From the NCBI GenBank assembly GCA_963665095.1, contig OY762069.1, positions 128,001-192,000 of the forward strand: DNA of 64,000 nucleotides, read 5' to 3'. The notes under the pieces are model-generated. The model was given only the letters and a program-made list of their open reading frames with translations. It was not told the DNA's origin and ran no database searches. Position 1 is the first letter of the stretch. Each line of letters begins with the position of its first letter. The stretch comes from an uncultured Desulfobacter sp. GTDB taxonomy: Bacteria > Desulfobacterota > Desulfobacteria > Desulfobacterales > Desulfobacteraceae. A program made the translations under genes and the position numbers. Shown here one piece after another: positions 9,495 through 18,570 of the stretch.

Positions 9495-9507
9495 GAGTGA
9501 CAACCTT

Positions 9508-10131
9508 ATGCAGGTAAACTGGAAGGTTAATATGGTGATCAGCGCCCTGGTGACGGTGGGCGCTTATTTTGCAGCAGATACGATTCTTGGTTTCAAATTG
9601 TGGGTGGATGTGGTCATCGCGCTTTTTTTCGGCGGCATTGTCAATCAGCTGATTTTAAGGGATAAAAAAGAGGATTCTGAAATTGAGGTGGTGCCCGGCC
9701 TTTCCCGGCAGGAGTTAAAGCAAACCCTGGTGCTTGGCCGGGACTGGACAAAAAAGCTGGAAAAGCTTGCCAAACAGCTGGAGCGGCCCCGCCCCGGTAT
9801 TTCAGAAGCGGTCCGGGACATTTCCGAAACCGTGGCCACGCTGTTTGCAAACTTTGAAAAAGACCCCAAAGATCTAACCACCAACAATGCCAGACGTCTG
9901 ATCAGTGACCACCTGCCCCGGGCCTATAAATTTTTGTCTGCCTATGCTGATCTTGCCACTGCCGGGCGGCTCACGGAGAATGAGACGGCAAAGTTAGCTG
10001 CCATGGAAAATAGAATCACCACCATTAAAGAGAGCTTCTCCCGGCATCTGGAAGCGTTTAGAAGCAACGATTTCACCCAGCTTCAGGTGGAGGGACAAAG
10101 CATGGAAACAATTTATAACCTGGATATATAA
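9508..10131 (+). CDS. XpaC-like (5-bromo-4-chloroindolyl phosphate hydrolysis family) membrane protein
   Basis: Two N-terminal TM helices followed by helical FEKDPKDL...ARRL...HLP...Y segment; operon context with TelA. Confidence 0.75.
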   Translation: MQVNWKVNMVISALVTVGAYFAADTILGFKLWVDVVIALFFGGIVNQLILRDKKEDSEIEVVPGLSRQELKQTLVLGRDWTKKLEKLAKQLERPRPGISEAVRDISETVATLFANFEKDPKDLTTNNARRLISDHLPRAYKFLSAYADLATAGRLTENETAKLAAMENRITTIKESFSRHLEAFRSNDFTQLQVEGQSMETIYNLDI

Positions 10132-10266
10132 CAACCGATACATATAACAGCCACGGGCTGACTTGACATATCTTCTGCCAGGCACAGCCCACAACAAAGA
10201 TAAAAAGTTTCTCAACGACTTAACGAGACTTTCTTATAAAACTTCTGATTTTGGAGATCACAGCCA

Positions 10267-11367
10267 ATGAATAAAAAAAGCATGCTCGGCATTGTCATCG
10301 CCCTTGTGGCCATCGGGGCCATTGCCGTATTTCAGTTTCTTGGGGACAGTGACATGCTCAAAGAGGTCAAGCAACCTGACGCCATCACCGTGAAAGGGTA
10401 TGTGGGTGGTGAGAAGATGGGCTTTCTGGCCAATGAAGAGGTCATAAAAATTCTGAATAAAAAATACCGCATCACCATTGACGCCCACAAAAAAGGTAGT
10501 GTCGAAATGGTCAAGGATCCGGTCTACCGCACCCCGGACACCGACTTTTTCTGGCCCTCCAACTTTGTCTGTGTGGAGTGGTTCAACCAGACCGGCGGAT
10601 CATCCAAGGGGGCGGACGTTATTTTTAACTCTCCCATTGTCCTGTACTGCCCGGCCAAGGTGGCGGAAGCCCTGATTAAAATCGGGGTGGTCAGTATCCA
10701 GGAGAATGTCCATTATATTGTTCATTTTCCAAAACTTGTGGACCTGGCCGTCACCGGCACAAAGTGGAAGGATATTGATCTGCCCATGATCCCGGGCAGC
10801 ATCAAGATTTTGTCCACAGACCCGTTTGAAAGCAACTCCGGAAATATTTTCTTTGGCCTTTTGGCCAATGTACTGTATGGGGATGTGGTCAGTGCCGGCA
10901 CCCTTAACACGATTCTGCCTAAAATCAAATCCTATTACGACCGCATGGGATTTCAGCAGAAGTCCTCCGGCGATATTTTTGATCTGTTTATCTCCAACCC
11001 CTATACCTACCCGATACTGGTGGGATATGAAAATCAGCTCATTGAATATGCCATTCAGAACAGCGATGACTACAGTATCGATTTTCTGAAAAAAAATATC
11101 AGAACCCTTTATCCCCAGCCCACGGTGTGGTCCTCCCATCCGCTGATTGCGGTGAACGATAAAGGACTGCGGCTCATGGAGGCGCTCAAGGATCCAAAGA
11201 TTCAAAAGATCGCCTGGGAAAAGCACGGGTTCAGGTCCTCGGTCAAAGGGGTGAGAAACGATCCCACCAAACACAAGGTCGCAGGTCTTCCCGAGGTGAT
11301 CACCTCCATTATCCAGATGCCGTCGGCAAAGACCATGGACATGATTTTAGATACGATTAAGCAATAA
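10267..11367 (+). CDS. Membrane-anchored solute-binding-fold protein (paralog of the vWA lipoprotein's N-domain)
   Basis: N-terminal TM; GGEK, FNSPIV, TDPFESNSG, SSG, GYENQL, YPQPTVWSSHPL, HGFR motifs. Confidence 0.8.
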   Translation: MNKKSMLGIVIALVAIGAIAVFQFLGDSDMLKEVKQPDAITVKGYVGGEKMGFLANEEVIKILNKKYRITIDAHKKGSVEMVKDPVYRTPDTDFFWPSNFVCVEWFNQTGGSSKGADVIFNSPIVLYCPAKVAEALIKIGVVSIQENVHYIVHFPKLVDLAVTGTKWKDIDLPMIPGSIKILSTDPFESNSGNIFFGLLANVLYGDVVSAGTLNTILPKIKSYYDRMGFQQKSSGDIFDLFISNPYTYPILVGYENQLIEYAIQNSDDYSIDFLKKNIRTLYPQPTVWSSHPLIAVNDKGLRLMEALKDPKIQKIAWEKHGFRSSVKGVRNDPTKHKVAGLPEVITSIIQMPSAKTMDMILDTIKQ

Positions 11368-11392
11368 AAAAATATTTTAAGGAGGACCACCC

Positions 11393-12631
11393 ATGTCAGA
11401 CAATGACTTCAACCTGCTTGACGAGATTAATGCCAGGAAAACCGCAACGGCCACACCCGAGCCGTCAAATGATCAAAAAGCATCCCACATCCCTGACCAG
11501 GCCTTGGCCAACCTGCCGGCCACGGTCTCGTTGTCCATGCTGGAACCCCAGCCCAGCGTTTTAACCTATGACCAGCTGGACGAAGCCCAGCAGGCCACAG
11601 CCCATGGATACGCAGGCAGCGTGGATTTTGTGGACCGCAACAGTATCCGGTTTTACGGGTATAATGAAGAGAAGGCCATGTCCGACTTTCTTGATGAACT
11701 CCTAGACGGCATCAAGGCCAAGGATTCGGATCTGGCAGGACACCTGCTCATCTCCTTGAACCGCAATATTGACGACCTTAAACTGCAAAAATTCCAGGAC
11801 ATCCTTGAAGGCAAAGAGGGCGGGGGATTTTTTGGCATGTTCACCAGCAAGGCCAAGGAACTTGGCAAGATGATCCAGTTTCTGGTGGACCGGCAGAAAG
11901 ATGTCCGTACCCAGTTCGACAAGATGCAGATGCAGGCCGAAGGCGAGCGCAATACCCTGATTGAGGACAACACCAAATACCAGCTGCTGTTGAACCGAAC
12001 CATTGACCAAATTTCCCTGGTCATGCCCATCATTGTGGGTGGGCAGATTGCCTTAAAACGCGGGCTCAACGAGTTTACCGAACTCAAAGAACAGGCCGTA
12101 CAACAACCGGCCAATACCCTGCTGGCCTCCCAGGTCCAGGATTTTGCCAACAGTCTGGAGGCGTTCAACCACCGTCTGGTCAACCTGCAGATCTCCTTTA
12201 CCAAGCGGGCTGCCACCACCATCCCCAAAATCCGTGCTATCCAGGATGCCGTCAACATTGAGATGGACAACCTGGTAGATAAGATCATCTTTGTGATCCC
12301 GGCCTTGAAAGAGGCGGTAATCGACATCGTCACAACCGCCCGTCTGCGTAAACTGCAGCTGGGCCGCAAGGATGAGGAAGCGATGATGAAGCGGGTGGAG
12401 GAACTCCGCAACCGCACCATGAAAGACGCTATCCTGGAAGCCAAACGTTCGGAAGGAGATTACGCCACCAAGATCGCCCTGCTGGTCTCCATGAAAGACA
12501 ACCTGGTGCAGATCTGCGATGAGGGCAAAAAGATCGTGGAAGAGAACCGCCAGAAACGGGTGGAAGTGATTGAAAGTCTTAAGTCCGTCAAACAGGAGAT
12601 GGAAACCGCACTGCGGGAGAGTGCGGGTTAA
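11393..12631 (+). CDS. Toxic anion resistance protein (TelA/KlaA/YaaN family)
   Basis: Coiled-coil rich; SIRFYG, GGFFG, RLVNL, IPKIRAIQ, IPAL motifs; XpaC neighbour. Confidence 0.75.
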   Translation: MSDNDFNLLDEINARKTATATPEPSNDQKASHIPDQALANLPATVSLSMLEPQPSVLTYDQLDEAQQATAHGYAGSVDFVDRNSIRFYGYNEEKAMSDFLDELLDGIKAKDSDLAGHLLISLNRNIDDLKLQKFQDILEGKEGGGFFGMFTSKAKELGKMIQFLVDRQKDVRTQFDKMQMQAEGERNTLIEDNTKYQLLLNRTIDQISLVMPIIVGGQIALKRGLNEFTELKEQAVQQPANTLLASQVQDFANSLEAFNHRLVNLQISFTKRAATTIPKIRAIQDAVNIEMDNLVDKIIFVIPALKEAVIDIVTTARLRKLQLGRKDEEAMMKRVEELRNRTMKDAILEAKRSEGDYATKIALLVSMKDNLVQICDEGKKIVEENRQKRVEVIESLKSVKQEMETALRESAG

Positions 12632-12710
12632 GTCCAGGTCCTGATCCTGATATTCTTATTTTATCCAAAAAATCACCCGATCCCCGGTCAGGGGATCAAT
12701 TAAAAAAAAA

Positions 12711-12837
12711 AGTGTTTGGGTGAAACGTTGCCCAAAGGCAAGGCAAAGAAAAATCTGAAACCGAGGCGTGCTAAAATACGTAAGGGTTTCAGATTTTTCT
12801 GTAACGCCGCAGATGGGTGCCTTTTAGCCCAAACACT
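12711..12837. repeat. Palindromic MITE/REP-like intergenic element
   Basis: Terminal IR AGTGTTTGGG/CCCAAACACT plus internal IR AGAAAAATCTGAAACC/GGTTTCAGATTTTTCT. No ORF; lies between convergent genes. Confidence 0.7.
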
Positions 12838-12842
12838 GAATA

Positions 12843-13235
12843 TTAGGCTACGACTGAATATTCCGCATCTATAATATCATCATCCTGGGACGCTTTACTG
12901 CCTGCGGTTCCACCGGGCCTGAAGCCCCGCCTGGGCCCTGCTTCCGGGCATATGCCGCCTGGCTCATGGTGCTTACAGCCTGGTTCAGGTGATCCGCCGC
13001 CGTGTTGAACCGGTTCACATTCTCTGACTTGACGGCCTCTTTCAATTCGTTGACCAGACCTTCCAGGCGGCTGCGGGTATCCGCATCCACAGCGATCTGT
13101 GATCCTGACATTACTTTCTCAGTCTGGTATATCAACTGGTCGGCCTGGTTCCTGGCAGTGATCAGCACCTTTTTGCACTTGTCCTCTTCGGCATGAAGTT
13201 CGGCATCTTTTACCAGGGCATCGATATCCTCTTCA
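12843..13235 (-). pseudogene. dnaK: C-terminal fragment of DnaK (Hsp70), frameshifted
   Basis: EEDIDALVKDAELHAEEDK...RNQADQLIYQTEK. The tail DDDIIDAEYSVVA* is in another frame. No ATPase domain. Confidence 0.85.
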
Positions 13236-13306
13236 CCTGCTTTGGGAGACACTTGATAGACATCCCTATCACTCTGCTATTCCTCAAAAATTCTAATTCT
13301 TCGAGA

Positions 13307-13390
13307 TTTTAACATTGAGTTAAGCGGCTGCCGAACAGCCAAAAAAATGCCTCCGACGGTTGATGCCCGTCTTCAACTCATTTGTTAAAT
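13307..13390 (-). other. attC recombination site (84 bp)
   Basis: Minus strand ATTTAAC-AAATGAGTTGAAGACGG...CCGCTTAACTCAAT-GTTAAAA; same family as 5789-5877. Confidence 0.82.
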
Positions 13391-13480
13391 TAGCCCATCA
13401 CCGTTTAAGCTTGGCACCTGGTTTGCATTATAGAAAAAGTAGATTCTACCTCCTCGTCCGCCCGAAGGGCTTAATTTAAC
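13384..13480 (-). mobile_element. 97-bp gene-less cassette / miniature element with terminal inverted repeats
   Basis: Ends GTTAAATTAGCCCATC (plus strand from 13384) and GTTAAATTAAGCCCTTC (minus strand from 13480). Bounded by two attC sites; no credible ORF. Confidence 0.6.
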
Positions 13481-13523
13481 GCAAACATCTGCGGCTTGTC
13501 CGTCAGCATGTTTGTTGTTAAAT
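13474..13523 (-). other. attC-like site (short, 50 bp)
   Basis: Minus strand ATTTAAC-AACAAACATGCTGACGG-ACAAG-CCGCAGATGTTTGC-GTTAAAT; extrahelical G and A; fully complementary R boxes. Confidence 0.82.
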
Positions 13524-13556
13524 TTTTTCACGATGGTTTGGATTTTTTGAATCTGA

Positions 13557-14006
13557 TTATATTTCTTTTGAAATAGCTTGAAATAGTTTAAGTTTTAGTA
13601 CTTCTGAATCCATCTCTTCGTTAAGAAATGCCGTTAAAATCTCATGTAATAAGTCTTTACCAATTTTTCCATCGGCCACATGATAACTGATGTTTTCCAT
13701 TTCCCGCAAAAATTTCTCAGCACAATAAAGATAACCGTTTAGCAACAAAAATTGGGTACACAATACGATCGCAATTCGTTTGTTTCCATCAAGAAAACAG
13801 TGAAATTTACAAGTGCTAAAAAACAAATGGGTTAATTTATCAACAAATGTTGGATAATAGAGATCATTTTGAATATTCCCTAAAACGCCCTCAAGTTTGC
13901 CAAGCTCAAGATGGCCGACAGCTCCACCTCCACTTTTTTCAACAGTTTTTTCATGAATCGTAATAGCCTGTTCAATCGTAATATATTGGATAGACATGCA
14001 GTTCAC
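13557..14006 (-). CDS. Fic/Doc (death-on-curing) family protein
   Basis: HCFLDGNKR Fic/Doc motif and YYPTFVDK; coupled to the upstream gene by a 4-bp overlap. Confidence 0.9.
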   Translation of the reverse strand: MNCMSIQYITIEQAITIHEKTVEKSGGGAVGHLELGKLEGVLGNIQNDLYYPTFVDKLTHLFFSTCKFHCFLDGNKRIAIVLCTQFLLLNGYLYCAEKFLREMENISYHVADGKIGKDLLHEILTAFLNEEMDSEVLKLKLFQAISKEI

Positions 14007-15049
14007 CTATCCTTAAGTCGTTTCAAAACATCTTTGGATTCTTCCAATCTTTCTTCTAATTCCTTACTCTTTTCTCCTAAAAATCGCTCAAACTCTTCTG
14101 CCTGGATTGGAGTGATATATTTCTCTAATTGCAGGTGCAATGCATCCCTGAAAGCAAGGTCTCTGCTTGCCATTTGATGGCGAGCTCTTTCAAGAAGAGG
14201 TTTCCATAGGGGAAGTGATTCAAATTTTTTAAATATTTTATCTACTTCAAATGAGGTAAGTTTTCTGCCGATTTTATTATACTCAGATTTTAATTCCTGG
14301 CTAAAACCATATTCATAAGAAGCTACAAGGTCAAGAATCTCAGAATAAAATGTATCCCGGAGTTTTTCTTTTGCATTCAATTTTAAGATTTTTCGATATT
14401 CTTTTGCTTTTTCTTTAAAAATGCTGACATAAATTTTATCCGTATAAAGTGGATACTTAAAATTACCCATGTTGACGTAATCTTTAAGGGCATCTGTAAA
14501 TCCTTTCCGGTAATTTTCTTCATGAAAATATGCCAGAATAAATTTTTCATCCCTTTGGTTGATATATTTTGTACCGCCACCCGTTTTTTGATTTATCGTA
14601 TCGATAACGATATCCAAAATTGTGCTACGCAACAATTGTGCTCTTTGGCTTTCAACCATTATCATGGCCAGATTTAAGAAGGCCCTGAACCCAAAAGCCC
14701 CTAATTGCGGGCTTTTGGCGATGTTCCCGAAATCTGTTTCGGGAACATCCAGTGCAGAAATAGATTCTTTCAATATTTTCAATCTATTACCCTTGATAAC
14801 CTCGTAACCACTTTGGCTCAATTCCGTTTCATGGCTTTTTAAATAATTTTCAATGGTTCGTGTCGTCACCTCGAAAAATGAAGCCACTTGTTCTTTGAGA
14901 ACAACCGTTTTTCCCTCAAAAGGAATTCCTTTGATATGAACAGCCTTTTCAATTTCCTTAATGGCATAGGGGTTGTTCAAAATATTCTGACGATCAACCG
15001 TTGAAACAGTTAGGTCTTTACTTTCAGAAGGTGATTTTTGTTCATTCAT
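14003..15049 (-). CDS. Putative DNA-binding protein paired with the Doc toxin
   Basis: 348-aa AT-rich ORF with an HTH-like segment (KEQVASFFEVTTRTIENYL), GGGTKYINQRD and a C-terminal coiled coil. Confidence 0.7.
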   Translation of the reverse strand: MNEQKSPSESKDLTVSTVDRQNILNNPYAIKEIEKAVHIKGIPFEGKTVVLKEQVASFFEVTTRTIENYLKSHETELSQSGYEVIKGNRLKILKESISALDVPETDFGNIAKSPQLGAFGFRAFLNLAMIMVESQRAQLLRSTILDIVIDTINQKTGGGTKYINQRDEKFILAYFHEENYRKGFTDALKDYVNMGNFKYPLYTDKIYVSIFKEKAKEYRKILKLNAKEKLRDTFYSEILDLVASYEYGFSQELKSEYNKIGRKLTSFEVDKIFKKFESLPLWKPLLERARHQMASRDLAFRDALHLQLEKYITPIQAEEFERFLGEKSKELEERLEESKDVLKRLKDR

Positions 15050-15170
15050 TTTAAACTCTCTTTAAAAATTTGACTGCCTCTAATTTTTAAACTGTAACAT
15101 TTTATCAGGTAATTGCCCACCGGTGACCGACTGAACGGTTCGCTGAAAGGTTTCGAAGCGCCAGCGATGG

Positions 15171-15650
15171 TTAAAAGTCATTCCCAAGGGATGCCCAGTT
15201 TTCTGAAAAATATGTCTCAATTCCTTTCCCAGGGTTATATCGGGGATAAATTTGTTCGAATTCAGACCTTGCATTTGCATAGGATTGGTCACTTATAGTT
15301 GATAAACCCTTTGCCATAAAAAGCAATGCCAGTAAAGGTGCTCTTGATTCTCCTTGGTTGCAATGAATAAGCAATTTCCTGCCAGCATCCCAGTGTTTGC
15401 CAGAAAAAACCATAAAGCTCGTAAAGAGTGGGGGCATGAATAGCGGAACTGGAGGATCTATCATGTTGAGATAAAGGTCAAATTCTTTTTCAAAGACTAA
15501 ATAATTGGGATGTGTTTTGGGCAAACTCCCTCTATAACCTACGATTCGTTGATGGCATGGACTTTTACACGCGTGAACGACCACTAATTCATCTGTCCCA
15601 TTGGTGCAAGATACCAACTGGACCGCAGTCTTTGCAGTTTTGCGCAGCAA
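15171..15650 (-). CDS. Dual-specificity/tyrosine phosphatase-like protein, N-terminus probably truncated
   Basis: HCNQGESR (HCxxGxxR) P-loop and VVHACK motif. The TTG start and first residues look unrelated to the family. Confidence 0.7.
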   Translation of the reverse strand: MLRKTAKTAVQLVSCTNGTDELVVVHACKSPCHQRIVGYRGSLPKTHPNYLVFEKEFDLYLNMIDPPVPLFMPPLFTSFMVFSGKHWDAGRKLLIHCNQGESRAPLLALLFMAKGLSTISDQSYANARSEFEQIYPRYNPGKGIETYFSENWASLGNDF

Positions 15651-15907
15651 ATTTAGAAGTTGTACAAACGGATTTCAGCGAACGACAGGCAGGTGGTCTG
15701 GAACGGGTTGAACCGCAGATTTGCATTCAACTTTATTGAAGATTAACCATATTTTTACATGCGATTGCCCTGGGGTAAACAAAAAAACGCTTTTGACAAA
15801 AAAAATGGACGTTTTTGATATCCGGGTCTGATCCTCAGGGCCTATAGTCATTGTAACATTTATTATTAGTCAGATATGACAAGACACTTGAGTGAAACTA
15901 TAATGCC

Positions 15908-16924
15908 ATGAAAAAAATACCTGAAATCCGCCATTCATGGGCACGGCTCTATTCGCTTCTGAGAATGGACCCGGCCGGGGATGTCCTGGTAACGGCTGTT
16001 AAACAAAAAATATTTGACCATCTTAGGGAACCTGAGCCTGCGGACCGGATTGCCCGGCTGTTGAACTCCCATCCCGGCAATACCAGTGTTTTTCTCAATG
16101 CACTGGCCGGTGTGGGGGTCATTCACAAAAAAAACGGGCAGTTTTCCAACACGCCTGAAAGTGATGCCTTTCTGGTCAGTACAAGCCCGTCGTACCTGGG
16201 GCCGTTTTTCTGCCGGGTCCGGAATTTTTTCACACGGTGCCGGTCCCCGGAACATATAGAATCGTTGCTCATGAACGGCCCGGCAAATAGCATGGCCACC
16301 AGGGATGATTCCGAGTGGGTGGCCTATACCCGGCAGGCCTCGGCCCACCAGTTTTGCGGCCCTGCACAGAGAACGGCAGAATTTCTGGCTTCCCTGCCTG
16401 AATTTCCGGGCATGAAGAAAATGCTTGATCTCGGGGGCGGGGCGGGGTTTTACACCATGTTAACGGTCATGGCCCATAAAACCATGACAGGTGTTGTTTT
16501 TGATCTTCCCCCGGTTGTTGCGGTCGCCCGTGAATTCATCAGGGAGTACGGGTTTTCAGACCGGGTATCCACCATGGGAGGCGATTACACAAAAGACCCC
16601 TTGGGCGATTCCTATGACCTGGTTTATGCCGGGGGCACGTTCAACTTTGCAAAGGCCCATATTGATACGGTCTTTCAAAAAATATATGCAGCCCTTAACC
16701 CTGGGGGTGTTTTTATATCCCAGCATGGCTCAGTTTCCAAAGACCGGAATGAGCCAGGCGATCAGACCCTGGATTTTTTGTTTGATGAACTTAGCGGGAT
16801 GGATATCTTTTTCCCCAAAGGCATGATTGCCAAAGCAATGACCCGGGCAGGTTTCAAGGCCGTCACCAGCACAGTCCAAAAAAGTGAGTTTGGTGGCGCG
16901 GAAATTGACATTGCAAGAAAATAG
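15908..16924 (+). CDS. SAM-dependent O-methyltransferase (dimerisation HTH plus methyltransferase)
   Basis: MLDLGGGAG, VVFDLPPV, GGDY, ALNPGG. Confidence 0.9.
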   Translation: MKKIPEIRHSWARLYSLLRMDPAGDVLVTAVKQKIFDHLREPEPADRIARLLNSHPGNTSVFLNALAGVGVIHKKNGQFSNTPESDAFLVSTSPSYLGPFFCRVRNFFTRCRSPEHIESLLMNGPANSMATRDDSEWVAYTRQASAHQFCGPAQRTAEFLASLPEFPGMKKMLDLGGGAGFYTMLTVMAHKTMTGVVFDLPPVVAVAREFIREYGFSDRVSTMGGDYTKDPLGDSYDLVYAGGTFNFAKAHIDTVFQKIYAALNPGGVFISQHGSVSKDRNEPGDQTLDFLFDELSGMDIFFPKGMIAKAMTRAGFKAVTSTVQKSEFGGAEIDIARK

Positions 16925-16934
16925 GACCAGAGAA

Positions 16935-18149
16935 ATGATGATGACTAAACTCTCCTGCCACAAACCACCCCTTGTTTTCCTGTTTGCACTGATTTTTATT
17001 CTTTTGGTTTCAAAAAGTGCCCTATGTTCCGACACCGATTTTACCACAATTAAAGACCATAGGGATAAATCCGTCAGGATTCCCAAAACCATAAACCGGG
17101 TGGCAACCATCAGTGACGGTATGATCGCCCAGGTGATGACCTGTTTCGGTATGGCCGGAAAAATTGTTGCCGCAGGTTCTGAATGCATCCCGCGGACATG
17201 GGCGCCCACCTATCCGGGAACCGGGGGAAAAACAGTTTCATACCATGGAGGCATGAATACGGTGACCTATCTGAATCCGCGGCTAATGGAGATTCCACTT
17301 ATTGCAAAATACGGCTCTGCCATCAACTATGAAAAACTGGCAACTCTTAAACCCGATCTTCTCATTGCGCGCATGGGGTCATGTACCCTTTCTTCAGGCC
17401 GGGATGTGGTTAGAAAAAGCCTTGATCTTGTGGCGTCCTTAGGAATACCGGTGGTGATGCTGTCCGGTCAGCAAGCCGCAAAGGTCCCCGACGTTTCAGG
17501 CATGTACCGTGAAATCAGCCTTTTGGGAAAGGTGTTCGGCAAAGAAGTGCAGGCCGGTCAATTAATTGATTTCCTGGAACAGACCCTTGGATTTATCAAG
17601 AACCGCACAGACCGTATCCCGAATGCTGATAAAAAAAGAGTCCTGTTGCTGGGGCTTTCCCCCAGAGCCAGAAGTGACGGTGCCGCAGGACATACAAAAG
17701 GTACCGGCACCCTTCAGGGCATTTTTTTAAGCCAGTTTGTCAATGCCGCCAATGCCTATGAAGGCCCGGGGGCGTGGGCTGTTTTAAATGCGGAACAGAT
17801 CCTTTCCATGGATCCTGATGTCATCATACTTATTACAGACTGGGGGTACCATCCCCCACAGGAACTTTACGATGCTTCTTATTACAAGAGTCTTAGACAT
17901 CTTAAGGCCGTGAAAAACCGTTGTGTGGCCTCACTTCCCTTCACCCCCTGCAATTGCGAAAAAAGACTTGAATTTCCTATCGACATCATGGTTATGGCCA
18001 AAACAGCCTATCCCCGGCTGTTTGAGGATATAGACCTTGGCGACTGGATTCTTAAATTTTATCAGGACCTTTACGGCGTTGACGCCCAAACTGCAAAGGA
18101 ACTTATGTGCTGCCAGTTTTTGGACTGGACCTTATCCAGTAAAAATTAA
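16935..18149 (+). CDS. Periplasmic metal-chelate (iron-siderophore/cobalamin type) ABC binding protein
   Basis: Signal peptide; DHRDKSVRIP...RVAT, INYEKLATLKPDL, EQILSMDPDVI, LKAVKN, AKTAYP. Confidence 0.85.
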   Translation: MMMTKLSCHKPPLVFLFALIFILLVSKSALCSDTDFTTIKDHRDKSVRIPKTINRVATISDGMIAQVMTCFGMAGKIVAAGSECIPRTWAPTYPGTGGKTVSYHGGMNTVTYLNPRLMEIPLIAKYGSAINYEKLATLKPDLLIARMGSCTLSSGRDVVRKSLDLVASLGIPVVMLSGQQAAKVPDVSGMYREISLLGKVFGKEVQAGQLIDFLEQTLGFIKNRTDRIPNADKKRVLLLGLSPRARSDGAAGHTKGTGTLQGIFLSQFVNAANAYEGPGAWAVLNAEQILSMDPDVIILITDWGYHPPQELYDASYYKSLRHLKAVKNRCVASLPFTPCNCEKRLEFPIDIMVMAKTAYPRLFEDIDLGDWILKFYQDLYGVDAQTAKELMCCQFLDWTLSSKN

Positions 18150-18200
18150 GGCTGGTTGTACTCAGGGGCTGTATTGCAGCTTAAGGAATTGAAATGCTTG

Positions 18201-18570
18201 TCATTTGGGCTCCTTGGTGCTTGGCCGTAAACCATATTGTTTTTTAAAGGCATCGGAGAAACGGCCCGGGTATGTAAACCCCACAGCCCATGAGACTTCC
18301 TTGATATTCATATGTCCCTCTTCCAGGAGCTGTTTTGCATGCGCCATCCGGGTCTGCCTTCCGGTTTGCACAAAATTCACTGATGCCCCTTGTTTTTGGC
18401 AGGCAGGAGATATAATGGGTGCAGTCCGTAATGGTCATTTTCAACCCCGGCCGCAACTCAATCTCCCGGGCCCATTGGGGCAGGGGATGGCGGTTTTCCT
18501 GATATGTCCCGGAATGCCTTATATTCTTTTTTCTTTCAGACGGGTTTACAATTGAGACTATTGGATTCAT
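18201..18570 (-). pseudogene. Internally deleted AraC-family regulator
   Basis: N-terminus ...ELRPGLKMTITD joined out of frame to an HTH tail RMAHAKQLLEEGHMNIKEVSWAVGFTYPGRFSDAFKKQYG. Confidence 0.75.

Noticed and set aside
15093..15177. Possible further attC (TTTTAAC overlapping the phosphatase stop ... GTTACAG)
   Set aside because: The R-like boxes are present but the inner arms do not pair. The stretch may instead be a transposase C-terminal scrap (FNHRWRFETFQRTV), which I cannot confirm.
15745..15772. CAGGGCAATCGCATGTAAAAAT as an IS terminal repeat truncating the phosphatase
   Set aside because: It looks like an IS end, but no partner repeat or transposase is visible in the window.
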